From the NCBI GenBank assembly GCA_963666425.2, contig OY762825.2:2048001-2112000 (forward strand): 64,000 bases of DNA, given 5' to 3'. Position numbers and translations under genes: made by a program. This DNA is from Bacillota bacterium (GTDB lineage Bacteria > Bacillota > JAAYKD01). Below, in pieces: positions 19,771-28,977 of the stretch (its first letter is position 1; every line of letters starts with the position of its first letter). The notes beneath the pieces were generated by a model. That model had not been told where the DNA came from and did no database searches. It saw only the letters and a program-made list of their open reading frames with translations.

Positions 19771-20883
19771 ATGGAAACAAGACCTTATCTTTCCTGGCAG
19801 TTGGTCGGTGATTTTATGACGGCGGCCTTGATCAAAGTGGGCGTGCCGCCGGCGGACGCTTTGATTTGCGCCGATGTTTTAATGGAAAGCGATCGGCGCG
19901 GCATTGAGAGTCATGGCTGCAATCGTTTTAAACCGATCTATATTGACCGCATTCAAGCCGGAATTCAGCAGCCGGTAACAGAGTTCGAAGTAATCCGCGA
20001 AACCGCCACAACGGCTGTGGTGGACGGACACGACGGCATGGGCATGGTCGTTGCGGTCAAAGCCATGCAGATGGCGATTGATAAAGCCAAAGCCTACGGC
20101 ATGGGTATGGTGGCGGCGCGCAATTCCACCCATTACGGCATCGCCGGTTATTATGCCACCATGGCCACCAGGCAGAATATGATCGGTCTGACCGGGACCA
20201 ATGCCAGACCCTCCATTGCTCCTACCTTTGGCGTGGAAAATATGCTGGGCACCAATCCCCTGACCTTTGGCCTGCCGACGGATGAAGAATTTCCTTTCGT
20301 GCTGGACTGCGCCACCAGTATCATTCAGCGCGGCAAGATTGAATATTACGCCAGAGCCGGTCTGGAGACGCCGGCCGGTACGGTAATCGGGCGGGATGGT
20401 TCCACACAGACCGACAGCAAGCAAATTTTACTGGATTTGGTCAGCGGCAGCGCTGCCCTGACACCGCTGGGTGGCATTGGCGAGACGCTGGCCGGTTATA
20501 AAGGTTATGGTTATGCCACGGTGGTGGAGATTCTCTCGGCGGCGCTGCAGGCGGGCAGTTACATGCGCATGCTGACCGGTTTGGGAGCAGGGGGAGAGAA
20601 AGTGCCCTACCATTTAGGCCATTTCTTTTTGGCGATTGATCCGGAAGCTTTTATGGGTGCGGAGAGTTTCAAGCACACGGCTGGAGCAATTTTAAGAGAA
20701 CTGCGCAGTTCAACCAGAGCGCCCGGGCAGGAACGAATCTACACCGCCGGAGAAAAGGAATATTTGATTTGGCTGCAGCGCAAAAGCAAAGGTGTGCCGA
20801 TTGGAAGTGCGGTGCAGCAGGAATTTATCCAGATCCGTGACCAATTGCAGTTGCCCTTCACCTTTCCATTTGAAGCGGCTTAG
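19771..20883 (+). CDS. Ldh_2 (AllD/ComC/MDH2-type) oxidoreductase
   Basis: D.RGIESHG, NSTHYG.AG.Y, GTNP, DCATS and YKGYG motifs. Confidence 0.92.
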   Translation: METRPYLSWQLVGDFMTAALIKVGVPPADALICADVLMESDRRGIESHGCNRFKPIYIDRIQAGIQQPVTEFEVIRETATTAVVDGHDGMGMVVAVKAMQMAIDKAKAYGMGMVAARNSTHYGIAGYYATMATRQNMIGLTGTNARPSIAPTFGVENMLGTNPLTFGLPTDEEFPFVLDCATSIIQRGKIEYYARAGLETPAGTVIGRDGSTQTDSKQILLDLVSGSAALTPLGGIGETLAGYKGYGYATVVEILSAALQAGSYMRMLTGLGAGGEKVPYHLGHFFLAIDPEAFMGAESFKHTAGAILRELRSSTRAPGQERIYTAGEKEYLIWLQRKSKGVPIGSAVQQEFIQIRDQLQLPFTFPFEAA

Positions 20884-20928
20884 CAAGGTTTAATCAAGAT
20901 TTAGCTTTTTAGGGGGTTAGAAAGAAGA

Positions 20929-21942
20929 ATGCCAGAGAAAAAAGTGCTTGAGGTGACACGCGTTGGTTTCCCCGGCTACACCGGCGATCAGCGGGCGCCG
21001 GAAAGTTTGCCGTTTCCGGCCTGCATGACCTCCCTGATGGAACACTTAGGAGAAGATTATCCGCTGAAAATCAGCTATTCGGAAGGCCGCCGTTACATCA
21101 AACGCAGCGGCTATCAGCAATTTATTACCGTCAGCGGCATGACGTTTCAATTGCTCTGGCACGAAACACTCTGCCCGAGCAGTTTCGATTTGACCATCGG
21201 TATTGAAGCGGTCGGCCGTGCCTTTGCCTGGGCAGGTTACGATTATCGGATTGTACGGCCCGATCAGACGAGCTACGAAGCAATGAAAGCCGAGATCGTG
21301 GCCTCGATTGACCGCAACAAACCGGTGCTGGCCTTTGGCGTCATCGGACCGCCGGAGTGCAGTCTGATCGCCGGCTATGATCAGGCGGGGGAAGTACTGC
21401 TGGGCTGGAGCCATTTCCAGGTGATCGCTCCCTCTGAAGAAGAGCCGAACGGCATGTTTCGCCAGGCGGATTGGCAGAAGAACCTCTATTTTCTCGTGTT
21501 TCCGGGCGAGAAAACCGCACGCCGGCTCAAGCTATCCGACGTATTGGCTTACGGTTTGTCGATCCTGGAGCAGAGAAAAGTCGAAGATTACCTAGCGGGG
21601 CAGGCGGCTTATGACGCCTGGATCGACTTGATTGCGACGGCTGCGGACTTTGACGATGCCTCTCTGAAAATGCGTTATCAGTTTCAGCGCAATCTCTTGT
21701 TCAGCAATGCCGAAGCGCGCAGCTGGGCGGCTGATTTTCTGCGGGAGAACGGGATCAAAGATGTGGCCGGCTGCTTTGTCAAAATCCGCAACCGCAGCCG
21801 CAAGGCGGATGCCGTGCTGCGCGAAAAAGGCTGGCAAGGCTTGCGTGAACCGAAAAACAGAAGAGCGATCACAGAATTGTTAAGAGAAATGCAGGCGCTG
21901 GACCGGCAGGCGATCACAGCCCTGTGCCGTTACAAAGAATAA
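20929..21942 (+). CDS. Hypothetical protein with a BtrH-N/C39-like region
   Basis: 337-aa ORF; I..SID..KPV......PPE..LI.GYD pattern. Confidence 0.55.
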   Translation: MPEKKVLEVTRVGFPGYTGDQRAPESLPFPACMTSLMEHLGEDYPLKISYSEGRRYIKRSGYQQFITVSGMTFQLLWHETLCPSSFDLTIGIEAVGRAFAWAGYDYRIVRPDQTSYEAMKAEIVASIDRNKPVLAFGVIGPPECSLIAGYDQAGEVLLGWSHFQVIAPSEEEPNGMFRQADWQKNLYFLVFPGEKTARRLKLSDVLAYGLSILEQRKVEDYLAGQAAYDAWIDLIATAADFDDASLKMRYQFQRNLLFSNAEARSWAADFLRENGIKDVAGCFVKIRNRSRKADAVLREKGWQGLREPKNRRAITELLREMQALDRQAITALCRYKE

Positions 21943-21961
21943 ATAGCAGAGAATTTTCTGC

Positions 21962-21990
21962 TTGACAAAGCGATGCTGTCGGCTTATAAT
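21962..21990 (+). promoter_or_regulatory. Consensus sigma-A promoter
   Basis: TTGACA-17 bp-TATAAT. Confidence 0.9.
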
Positions 21991-22004
21991 CTCAAACATA
22001 AACC

Positions 22005-22275
22005 ATTGAACAAGACGAGTAGGTAAAGCAGCCTGTTAACAGAGAGCCGCCGATGGTGCGAGTGCGGTAACATCAGCTTTAGTGAATGGACTTGTGAGGG
22101 CAGCCCGAAATTTTTTAGAAAAGTAGGCGCTGACGGCTTCTTCCGCCGTTATCCAGGGAAGCGCATATGATGGTATGCGAAAGAGTGGGCGGCAGTTTGC
22201 CGTCAAATTGGGTGGTACCGCAGAAGCTTTTATAAGCCTTTGTCCCTTTTATTGAGGAGACAAAGGCCTTTTTTG
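22005..22275 (+). ncRNA. T-box riboswitch with a Trp (UGG) specifier
   Basis: AGTA, AGAGA and GGTGnGA stem-I motifs; GAA-TGG specifier near 22084-22089; AGTA/CCGTT stem II; T-box AATTGGGTGGTACCGC at about 22207-22221; terminator ending in a T run. Confidence 0.93.
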
Positions 22276-22413
22276 TGTACCCGAAGAGACGGTTTGCAGG
22301 AGAAAAAAGTAAGCGCTTGCTTTTAATTCGGCATCGGATCTGCTGCTAATCAGGAAAAAATAAGAATAATAGAAAGGAACGTTTCATGCCATCAATGAAA
22401 TAGGGTGATTACC

Positions 22414-23643
22414 ATGAATGAAACCAAGGAAAATCTCCAGTCTGGTCAAAATTCTCTCTCCGCAGGCTTTTTCGGTCAATTTGGCGGGCAGTTTATCCCG
22501 CCGGAATTACAGCCGACCGTAGAGGAAGTGGATTTGGCATGGCAAAAATTCCGGCATGATCCGGAGTTTCAAGCAGAATTTTTACATCTCTGCAAGACTT
22601 ACACGGGACGTCCTTCTCTGCTTTATTATGCGGAAAATCTCAGCCGCGAATTGGGCGGCGCTAAAATCTATTTAAAACGCGAAGATTTGAATCACACCGG
22701 CGCCCATAAAATCAACAATGCGCTGGGACAAGCCTTGTTAGCCAAACGCATGGGCAAGACGCATCTGATTGCCGAAACCGGCGCCGGTCAGCATGGCGTT
22801 GCCACGGCCACTGTGGCTGCTTTAATGGGCTTCAGTTGCGATATTTATATGGGTGAGGAAGATACCAAACGTCAGGCGCTGAATGTCTACCGCATGGAAT
22901 TACTGGGCGCGACGGTGCACGCCGTCACCAGCGGCACACGCACGTTAAAAGACGCCGTGGATGCGGCACTGTTGGCCTGGATGCAGCGTCATGATGATAC
23001 TTATTACTTGCTGGGTTCGGCTGTGGGGCCGCATCCTTTTCCGGAAATGGTGCGTGAGTTTCAGAGCATCATCGGCCGGGAAGCCAAAGAGCAGATTCTG
23101 GCAGCGGAAGGGAAACTGCCGGCAGCCGTGATTGCCTGTGTGGGCGGCGGCAGCAATGCCATTGGCTTGTTCCATGAATTCGCTTGCGAAAAGCAAGTTC
23201 GCTTGATCGGCTGTGAAGCCGCCGGCAGAGGACTAGATACACCGGATCACGCCGCAACGCTGACCTTGGGTCGGGTGGGAACCTTCCATGGCATGAAATC
23301 CTATTTCAACCAGACAGCGGAAAACGAATTGGCCCCGGTCTATTCCATTTCCGCCGGTTTGGACTACCCGGGCGTCGGGCCGGAACACGCGTTTCTGCGG
23401 GACAGCGGCAGAGCGGAATACACCGCAGTGACCGATGACCAGGCGGTGCATGCTTTTGAGGTGCTTTCCCGCAGTGAGGGGATCATCCCGGCCATCGAAA
23501 GTGCGCATGCGGTGGCGTTTGCCCTAGAGTTTGCCGGCACCTTGCCGAAAGAGGACTGCATCATCATCAATCTTTCGGGCAGAGGGGATAAAGACGTAGC
23601 GGCGATTGCACGCTATACAAGACAGATGGATTTAGAGGAGTAG
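22414..23643 (+). CDS. trpB: Tryptophan synthase beta subunit
   Basis: [40 protein letters not shown] and LSGRGDKD motifs. Confidence 0.97.
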   Translation: MNETKENLQSGQNSLSAGFFGQFGGQFIPPELQPTVEEVDLAWQKFRHDPEFQAEFLHLCKTYTGRPSLLYYAENLSRELGGAKIYLKREDLNHTGAHKINNALGQALLAKRMGKTHLIAETGAGQHGVATATVAALMGFSCDIYMGEEDTKRQALNVYRMELLGATVHAVTSGTRTLKDAVDAALLAWMQRHDDTYYLLGSAVGPHPFPEMVREFQSIIGREAKEQILAAEGKLPAAVIACVGGGSNAIGLFHEFACEKQVRLIGCEAAGRGLDTPDHAATLTLGRVGTFHGMKSYFNQTAENELAPVYSISAGLDYPGVGPEHAFLRDSGRAEYTAVTDDQAVHAFEVLSRSEGIIPAIESAHAVAFALEFAGTLPKEDCIIINLSGRGDKDVAAIARYTRQMDLEE

Positions 23644-23676
23644 AAGAGCATTTTAGATTATGCCGATTGTTGATTT

Positions 23677-25048
23677 TCCGAACTCCGCTCGTATCATAGG
23701 ATTCGCAAGTGGTATTTGGAGATGCAGCACTCTTTGTATTCCTAACCCCACCCGTATCATATGTTTCGTAAGTTACATTTGGTGATGCAGCACTCTTTGT
23801 AGGGAACGGTCTTGACCGTTCCGCGTTCTTTCGTACTTCCAACTCCGCCCATATCAATAGGATTCGTGAGCTGCATTTGGAGACGCAGCACTCTTTGTAG
23901 GGAGCGCGTCTTGACCGCTCCGCGTCCTTTCGTACTCCCAACCCCGCTCGTATCATATGTTTCGCAAGTTGCATTTGGTGACGCAGTAATCTCTGTATTT
24001 CCAACCCCGTCTGTATCATATGTTTCGTAAGTTGTATTTGGAGACGCAGCACTCTTTGTAGGGAGCGCGTCTTGACCGTTCCGCGTCCTTTCGTACTTGC
24101 GTCTTGTGTAATTGAATATTCATATGTAAACTGTGACGTTCGGAACGGTCAAGACCGTTCCCTACAGATACTCAGCATCGTTTGTAACTACATATCCGTT
24201 GTGGATTGTGACGTTCGGAATGGTCAAGACCATTCCCTACAGATACTCCACATCGTTTGTAATTACATCTTCGTTGAAAAAAGGTGGCGTTTGGAGGAGC
24301 TTGACCCTTCCAACCACCACCTTCGTCAGTTATTTTTTTAAGCCCGCTCGTATCATATGTTTCGTAAGTTGTATTTGGAGACGCAACACTCTTTGTAGGG
24401 AACGGTCTTGACCGTTCCGCGTTCTCCGTATTTGTGTCTTGTGTAATTACATATTCGTTGTGGATTGTGACGTTCGGAAAGGTCAAGACCATTCCCTACA
24501 GATACTCCACATTGGTTGTAACTAAATATCCGTTGTGGATTGTGACGTTCGGAACGGTCAAGACCGTTCCCTACAGATACTCCGCATCGTTTGTAACTAA
24601 ATATCCGTTGTGGATTGTGATGTTCGGAATGGTCAAGACCATTCCCTACAAATACTCCGCATTGGTTGTAACTAAATATTCGTTGTAAACTGGGACGTTC
24701 GGAACGGTCAAGACCGTTCCCTACAGATACTCCGCATCGTTTGTAATTACATCTTCGTTGAAAAAAGGTGGTGGATGGAGGAGTTTGACCCTTCCAACCA
24801 CCACCTTCGTCAGTTATTTTTTTTAGCCCACTCGTATCATATATTTCGCAAGTCACATTTGGTGACGCAGCAATCTCTGTATTTCCAACCCCGTCTGTAT
24901 CATATGTTTCGTAAGTTGTATTTGGAGACGCAACACTCTTTGTAGGGAACGCGTCTTGACCGTTCCGCGTCCTTTCGTACTTGTGTCTTGTGTAATTGAA
25001 TATCCGTTGTAAACTGTGACGTTCGGAATGGTCAAGACCATTCCCTAC
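23677..25048. repeat. Modular array of 12 GTAG-type REP hairpins with conserved linker modules (BIME/REPIN-like)
   Basis: GTAG-GGAACGGTC-TT-GACCGTTCC on + at 23799, 23897, 24058, 24395, 24942 and on - ending at 24165, 24240, 24499, 24574, 24649, 24724, 25048. Confidence 0.9.
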
Positions 25049-25122
25049 AACCACCGCGCTAAGGGAATTTAAAAATTCTATATAATGGTGCATCGCACCC
25101 CCACAACCCTGACGCCAGCTTT

Positions 25123-25752
25123 TTAATAAGTAAAGTAGACGCCTGCCTGACCGACCGCACCTGAATGACAGTCGTTGATTTCCAGCAGGAGGTAGTAAGT
25201 TGCATCGGGCAGCAGGGCAACACCATCCGGCCGGGCGATTTGGATCAAAAAGGCATCCATCGCCGCCTGATCCGCTTTGATATACTCGCTTACTCGATTA
25301 CAGTGCAGCAAAGGGCAGGCGACCCCATTCACCCAGGCCTTGATCTGCGCTGCTTCCAGATCCGGGCAAAGGTTATTTTCCTTGGCCAGAACTTTTTCTA
25401 AGCTCATGGGACGAAAATAAAGGGTGAGAGCGGGACTTGCTCCGCGGATTGAAAAACAATGCAGACCATAGATTTCCAATTTGTCGATGACAGCATCCAA
25501 GCATAGATCCGTCCGAAGCGGCAGGTCCTGGCACCAGAATTCCAGGTTGTTGACCGCATAGTCCTTACAGGCAAAAAAGAAAGGGTAAACGCCTGCTTGC
25601 ACCGGCAGTGCGTAATTTCCGTTTGCATCGGTCAGACCGCTATAAAGGGTTTCAAAATGACGATCGAGCAAGCGGACTTCCGCTTCTGCGATCGGATTTC
25701 CAGTTTTATCTTTGACTGTCCCCTGCAGCGTATAGGTATCCGGCATTTCCAT
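25123..25752 (-). CDS. Carboxypeptidase regulatory-like (transthyretin-like) domain protein
   Basis: GTVKD..GNPI..A.V.L.....TD.NG.Y N-terminal pattern. Confidence 0.75.
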   Translation of the reverse strand: MEMPDTYTLQGTVKDKTGNPIAEAEVRLLDRHFETLYSGLTDANGNYALPVQAGVYPFFFACKDYAVNNLEFWCQDLPLRTDLCLDAVIDKLEIYGLHCFSIRGASPALTLYFRPMSLEKVLAKENNLCPDLEAAQIKAWVNGVACPLLHCNRVSEYIKADQAAMDAFLIQIARPDGVALLPDATYYLLLEINDCHSGAVGQAGVYFTY

Positions 25753-25950
25753 CCACTCTTTTCTTTTTTTCTTATTATAGCCGCAGCAGTGAGAGATAGC
25801 AAGAGATGAGAGTATTGCCAGAAAATAGGTTTTAAAATAAGCAGCCAGTGGCTTTTTTTTACTATTACCGGCAGCGTGCGGCGGAGATTCAGGCTTATTT
25901 ACTAATTCACTGGATATGTTTTAGTAATGTCCTATTTAGTAGTTTTATGC

Positions 25951-25979
25951 TTGCAATTTCTTTTTTACAGTGGTATAAT
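25951..25979 (+). promoter_or_regulatory. Sigma-A promoter of the cysteine synthase gene
   Basis: TTGCAA-17 bp-TATAAT with extended TG. Confidence 0.7.
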
Positions 25980-26068
25980 GAGCAAAGTTTGCAATATTCC
26001 GCAAAAATACGGGAGAATTTGCAGTTAGTCAATGGCTTTATACCTATTTTTAAAGGAGGATTTTTGCT

Positions 26069-27073
26069 ATGGATATCGGCGAGAAGTTTGCTGCCCTTTC
26101 CAGCATGATCGGCAATACGCCGCTGCTGGAGATTTCTTTGAAGTATAAAGGTGAACTCAGAAAAATCTATGTCAAAGCCGAATATTACAACCTGACCGGC
26201 AGCATCAAGGACCGCATCGCGCTGCATTGTATGCGCAAAGCGTATGCCAAAGGGACGGTCAAACCGGGTGACACCATCGCTGAAGCAACCAGTGGCAATA
26301 CCGGGATCGCTTTTTCCGCAGTCTGCAGTTATTTGGGGCATAAAGTGATCATTTACATGCCGGACTGGATGAGCAGCGAACGGAAAAATCTGATTCGCAG
26401 CTATGGAGCGGAGATCCGTTTGGTTAGCAAAGAGGAAGGCGGTTTCGTGGGAAGCATTACCAAAACCGAAGAGCTCGCCAAAGAAGGCGGTATTTTCCTG
26501 CCTTGCCAATTCTCCAATGAAGATAATATCGAAGCACATTTTACTTCCACCGGGCCTGAAATTGTCAAGCAACTCGAGAAGTTCGGTTTGATACCGGACG
26601 CGATTGTGGCCGGTGTCGGCACCGGCGGTACTGTGATGGGCATCGGTAATTTTATCAAATGCGTCAATCCCAACGCCAAAGTCTATCCTTTGGAGCCGGA
26701 GAGTTCTCCCACCATGAGCACCGGATATCGGGTAGGCAAACACCGCATCGCCGGTATTTCCGATGAATTTATCCCGGCTTTGATGAAGATGGACAAAGTG
26801 GACGGCATTATTGCGGTGGATGACGGCGACTCCATCATCATGGCTCAGATGCTTTCCCGTCAGCTCGGATTGGGTGTTGGCATTTCTTCCGGTGCGAATC
26901 TCTTAGGCGCTTTGAAGGTTGGAGATCTGATCGGCGGCAATAAAACCATCGTTACCGTCTTTAGCGACGACAGCAAGAAATATCTCTCGACCGATTATGT
27001 CAAAGACGAACCGGTGAAAGCCGATTTTCTTAGCTCGCAAATTGAATTGCTTGGCTATAAATCGGTGAAGTAG
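26069..27073 (+). CDS. cysK: PLP-dependent cysteine synthase family protein
   Basis: IGNTP, N.TGSIKDR, EATSGNTG, GVGTGGT and GISSGAN motifs; exact subfamily uncertain. Confidence 0.85.
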   Translation: MDIGEKFAALSSMIGNTPLLEISLKYKGELRKIYVKAEYYNLTGSIKDRIALHCMRKAYAKGTVKPGDTIAEATSGNTGIAFSAVCSYLGHKVIIYMPDWMSSERKNLIRSYGAEIRLVSKEEGGFVGSITKTEELAKEGGIFLPCQFSNEDNIEAHFTSTGPEIVKQLEKFGLIPDAIVAGVGTGGTVMGIGNFIKCVNPNAKVYPLEPESSPTMSTGYRVGKHRIAGISDEFIPALMKMDKVDGIIAVDDGDSIIMAQMLSRQLGLGVGISSGANLLGALKVGDLIGGNKTIVTVFSDDSKKYLSTDYVKDEPVKADFLSSQIELLGYKSVK

Positions 27074-27241
27074 CATCGTTTGCAAGCAAGGACGCAATTG
27101 CTTGCTAAAAGTGAAGTAAAACAAAACAGACTCAGAAGAACAGAGTGGCGCTGCAGAACAGCCTTACGTGGGCTGCCAACAGCGGTCAATTTGTTCCGGA
27201 GTCTGTTTTTTACTGTACGGATTTTTTGGGAGGAAAATCAA

Positions 27242-27273
27242 AAGCGTGTTTTCATATTCATGAAAACACGCTT
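27242..27273 (-). terminator. Terminator hairpin after the tRNA pair
   Basis: AAGCGTGTTTTCAT/ATGAAAACACGCTT. Confidence 0.75.
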
Positions 27274-27284
27274 GCATTTTTATA

Positions 27285-27360
27285 TGGTGGAAGTTAACGG
27301 GCTCGAACCGCTGACCCTCTGCTTGTAAGGCAGATGCTCTACCAACTGAGCTAAACTTCC
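27285..27360 (-). tRNA. tRNA-Val(TAC)
   Basis: 76-nt cloverleaf, anticodon loop CTTACAA, GTTCGA T-loop, encoded CCA. Confidence 0.97.
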
Positions 27361-27364
27361 AAAC

Positions 27365-27439
27365 TGGTGGGATACGATGGGATCGAACCATCGACACCCC
27401 GCTTAAAAGGCGGGTGCTCTACCCCTGAGCTAGTATCCC
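27365..27439 (-). tRNA. tRNA-Lys(TTT)
   Basis: 75-nt cloverleaf, CCCGC-CTTTTAA-GCGGG anticodon arm, encoded CCA. Confidence 0.96.
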
Positions 27440-27459
27440 TTTTGCGACATCGCTTATCT

Positions 27460-27488
27460 ATAATACACAAATGTCGGCAGAATGTCAA
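27460..27488 (-). promoter_or_regulatory. Sigma-A promoter of the tRNA-Lys/Val pair
   Basis: TTGACA-17 bp-TATTAT on the minus strand. Confidence 0.8.
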
Positions 27489-27558
27489 TAAAAAAGGGGT
27501 GTTGTTTTTCAAAGAATTCTGCAAATTCAGTTAATATAGGATGAATTCTCCTAATTTA

Positions 27559-28956
27559 TCAAAGAGAGCTCGATTCATCGCGTTCTGCGATGACTCTGGC
27601 CGCAATTAAGCCGGAAGCCGATGCCTGTACCAAACCGCGGGTGATGCCGGCGCCGTCGCCTACCGCAAAAAGGTTGTGAATTTGGGTTTCCAACTGATTG
27701 CTGACCTGCATGCGGTTGGAATAGAATTTTGCTTCGACGCCGTAGAGCAGGGTATGTCGGCTGTTGACGCCGGGTGCTACTTTATCCAGCGCCTCCAGCA
27801 TTTCCATGATGTCCACCAGATGACGGTAGGGCAGCACAAGGCTCAAATCGCCGGGCGTGGCTTCCGGCAGGGAGGGTGTGACCAAACCGCGTTTGATCCG
27901 TTCTTCGGTAGAACGCCGACCGGACTGCAGATCACCGAGACGCTGAACGATGACGCCGTCACCCAGCATATTTGCCAGGGCTGCGATGTTTTTACCATAG
28001 GTGATCGGTTCATTGAACGGTTGGGTGAAAGTTTTGGCGACCAGTAGGGCAAAATTGGTGTTTTCGGTTCGCTTGTCGGCGTAGCTATGACCATTGACGG
28101 TGATCAGGCCGCGCGTGTTTTCCATCACGACTTCGCCGTAGGGATTCATACAGAAGGTCCGCACCTGATCGTCGAAGGAGTGGGAATAGTAAATGAATTT
28201 CGATTCATAGATGGCATCGGTCAGGTCAGACATCACCACAGCCGGAACTTCTACCCGTACACCGATATCGACCTGATTGTTGGTGGTGGGCAGATTCAGG
28301 CGTTTTGCCTCTTCAGAAAACCATTCGTGTCCTTCGCGTCCCGGAGCCGCAATGACGAAGCGGGCAGTGATCTCGCTGCCGTCATGCAGGATGACACCGC
28401 AGATCTGGTGATCTTGCACCAGGAGTTGTTCCACCGTGGTTTCGGTCCGGATTTCCACCAATTTATCCAGAGCCTGACGCAGGTTGGTCAGAATTTCATA
28501 GTTTTTATCCGTGCCCAGATGGCGGATTTTGGCTGGGATCAGGCGCAGATCGGCAGTGGCGGCCTGACGCTGAATGGCTTTAATTTTATCCAGATCCATG
28601 CCGTAGACTTTGGAATTGCCGCCGTATTGCACGTAGATATCGTCTACCTGAGCGATGATTTCTTCCAGAGCTTTGGTGCCGATGAAATCACCCAGCCAGC
28701 CGCCGTATTCGGTGGTCAGCGTGAGTTTGCCGTCGGAGTAAGCGCCGGCACCGCCCCAACCGGAGGTAATGGAGCAGTTTTTGCAGTGAATGCAGGGGAT
28801 GTGTTTATCGTGCATCGGGCAATAGCGTTTCTGAATATCGTTGCCCTTTTCCAGAATCAGAATGCGCCAATTGGGCTTTTTACGGATCAATTCAGCGGCG
28901 GCAAAGATACCGGCGGGACCGGCTCCGATGATGATGACATCATATTGCGTAGGCAT
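27559..28956 (-). CDS. NAD(P)/FAD-dependent oxidoreductase (uncharacterised FAD dehydrogenase family)
   Basis: GAGPAG dinucleotide-binding fold, GGAGAYSDGKL, VRTFC.NP and GDGAG motifs. Confidence 0.9.
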   Translation of the reverse strand: MPTQYDVIIIGAGPAGIFAAAELIRKKPNWRILILEKGNDIQKRYCPMHDKHIPCIHCKNCSITSGWGGAGAYSDGKLTLTTEYGGWLGDFIGTKALEEIIAQVDDIYVQYGGNSKVYGMDLDKIKAIQRQAATADLRLIPAKIRHLGTDKNYEILTNLRQALDKLVEIRTETTVEQLLVQDHQICGVILHDGSEITARFVIAAPGREGHEWFSEEAKRLNLPTTNNQVDIGVRVEVPAVVMSDLTDAIYESKFIYYSHSFDDQVRTFCMNPYGEVVMENTRGLITVNGHSYADKRTENTNFALLVAKTFTQPFNEPITYGKNIAALANMLGDGVIVQRLGDLQSGRRSTEERIKRGLVTPSLPEATPGDLSLVLPYRHLVDIMEMLEALDKVAPGVNSRHTLLYGVEAKFYSNRMQVSNQLETQIHNLFAVGDGAGITRGLVQASASGLIAARVIAERDESSSL

Positions 28957-28977
28957 GGTTTTAATGGTCTCCTTTAC

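Noticed and set aside
24142-24724. CRISPR array (24-nt palindromic repeats at a regular 75-nt period)
   Set aside because: The intervening sequences are near-identical rather than unique spacers, the repeats occur in both orientations, and there are no cas genes in the window.
23567-25093. ORFs inside the repeat array (e.g. 24353..25093 - 246 aa, 23567..24052 -, 24172..24492 -)
   Set aside because: They stay open because the 75-nt unit is a multiple of 3; frames switch between copies, there is no RBS, and conservation tracks the hairpin rather than codons.
25087-25106. GGTGCATCGCACCCCCAC as an additional REP of another type
   Set aside because: On the minus strand it begins GTGG and forms only a short stem; it is a single copy, so the evidence is too weak.
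27285-27439. tRNA genes as the integration site of the left-hand accessory region
   Set aside because: I saw no duplicated tRNA 3' end and no integrase in the window; this cannot be excluded beyond the left edge.
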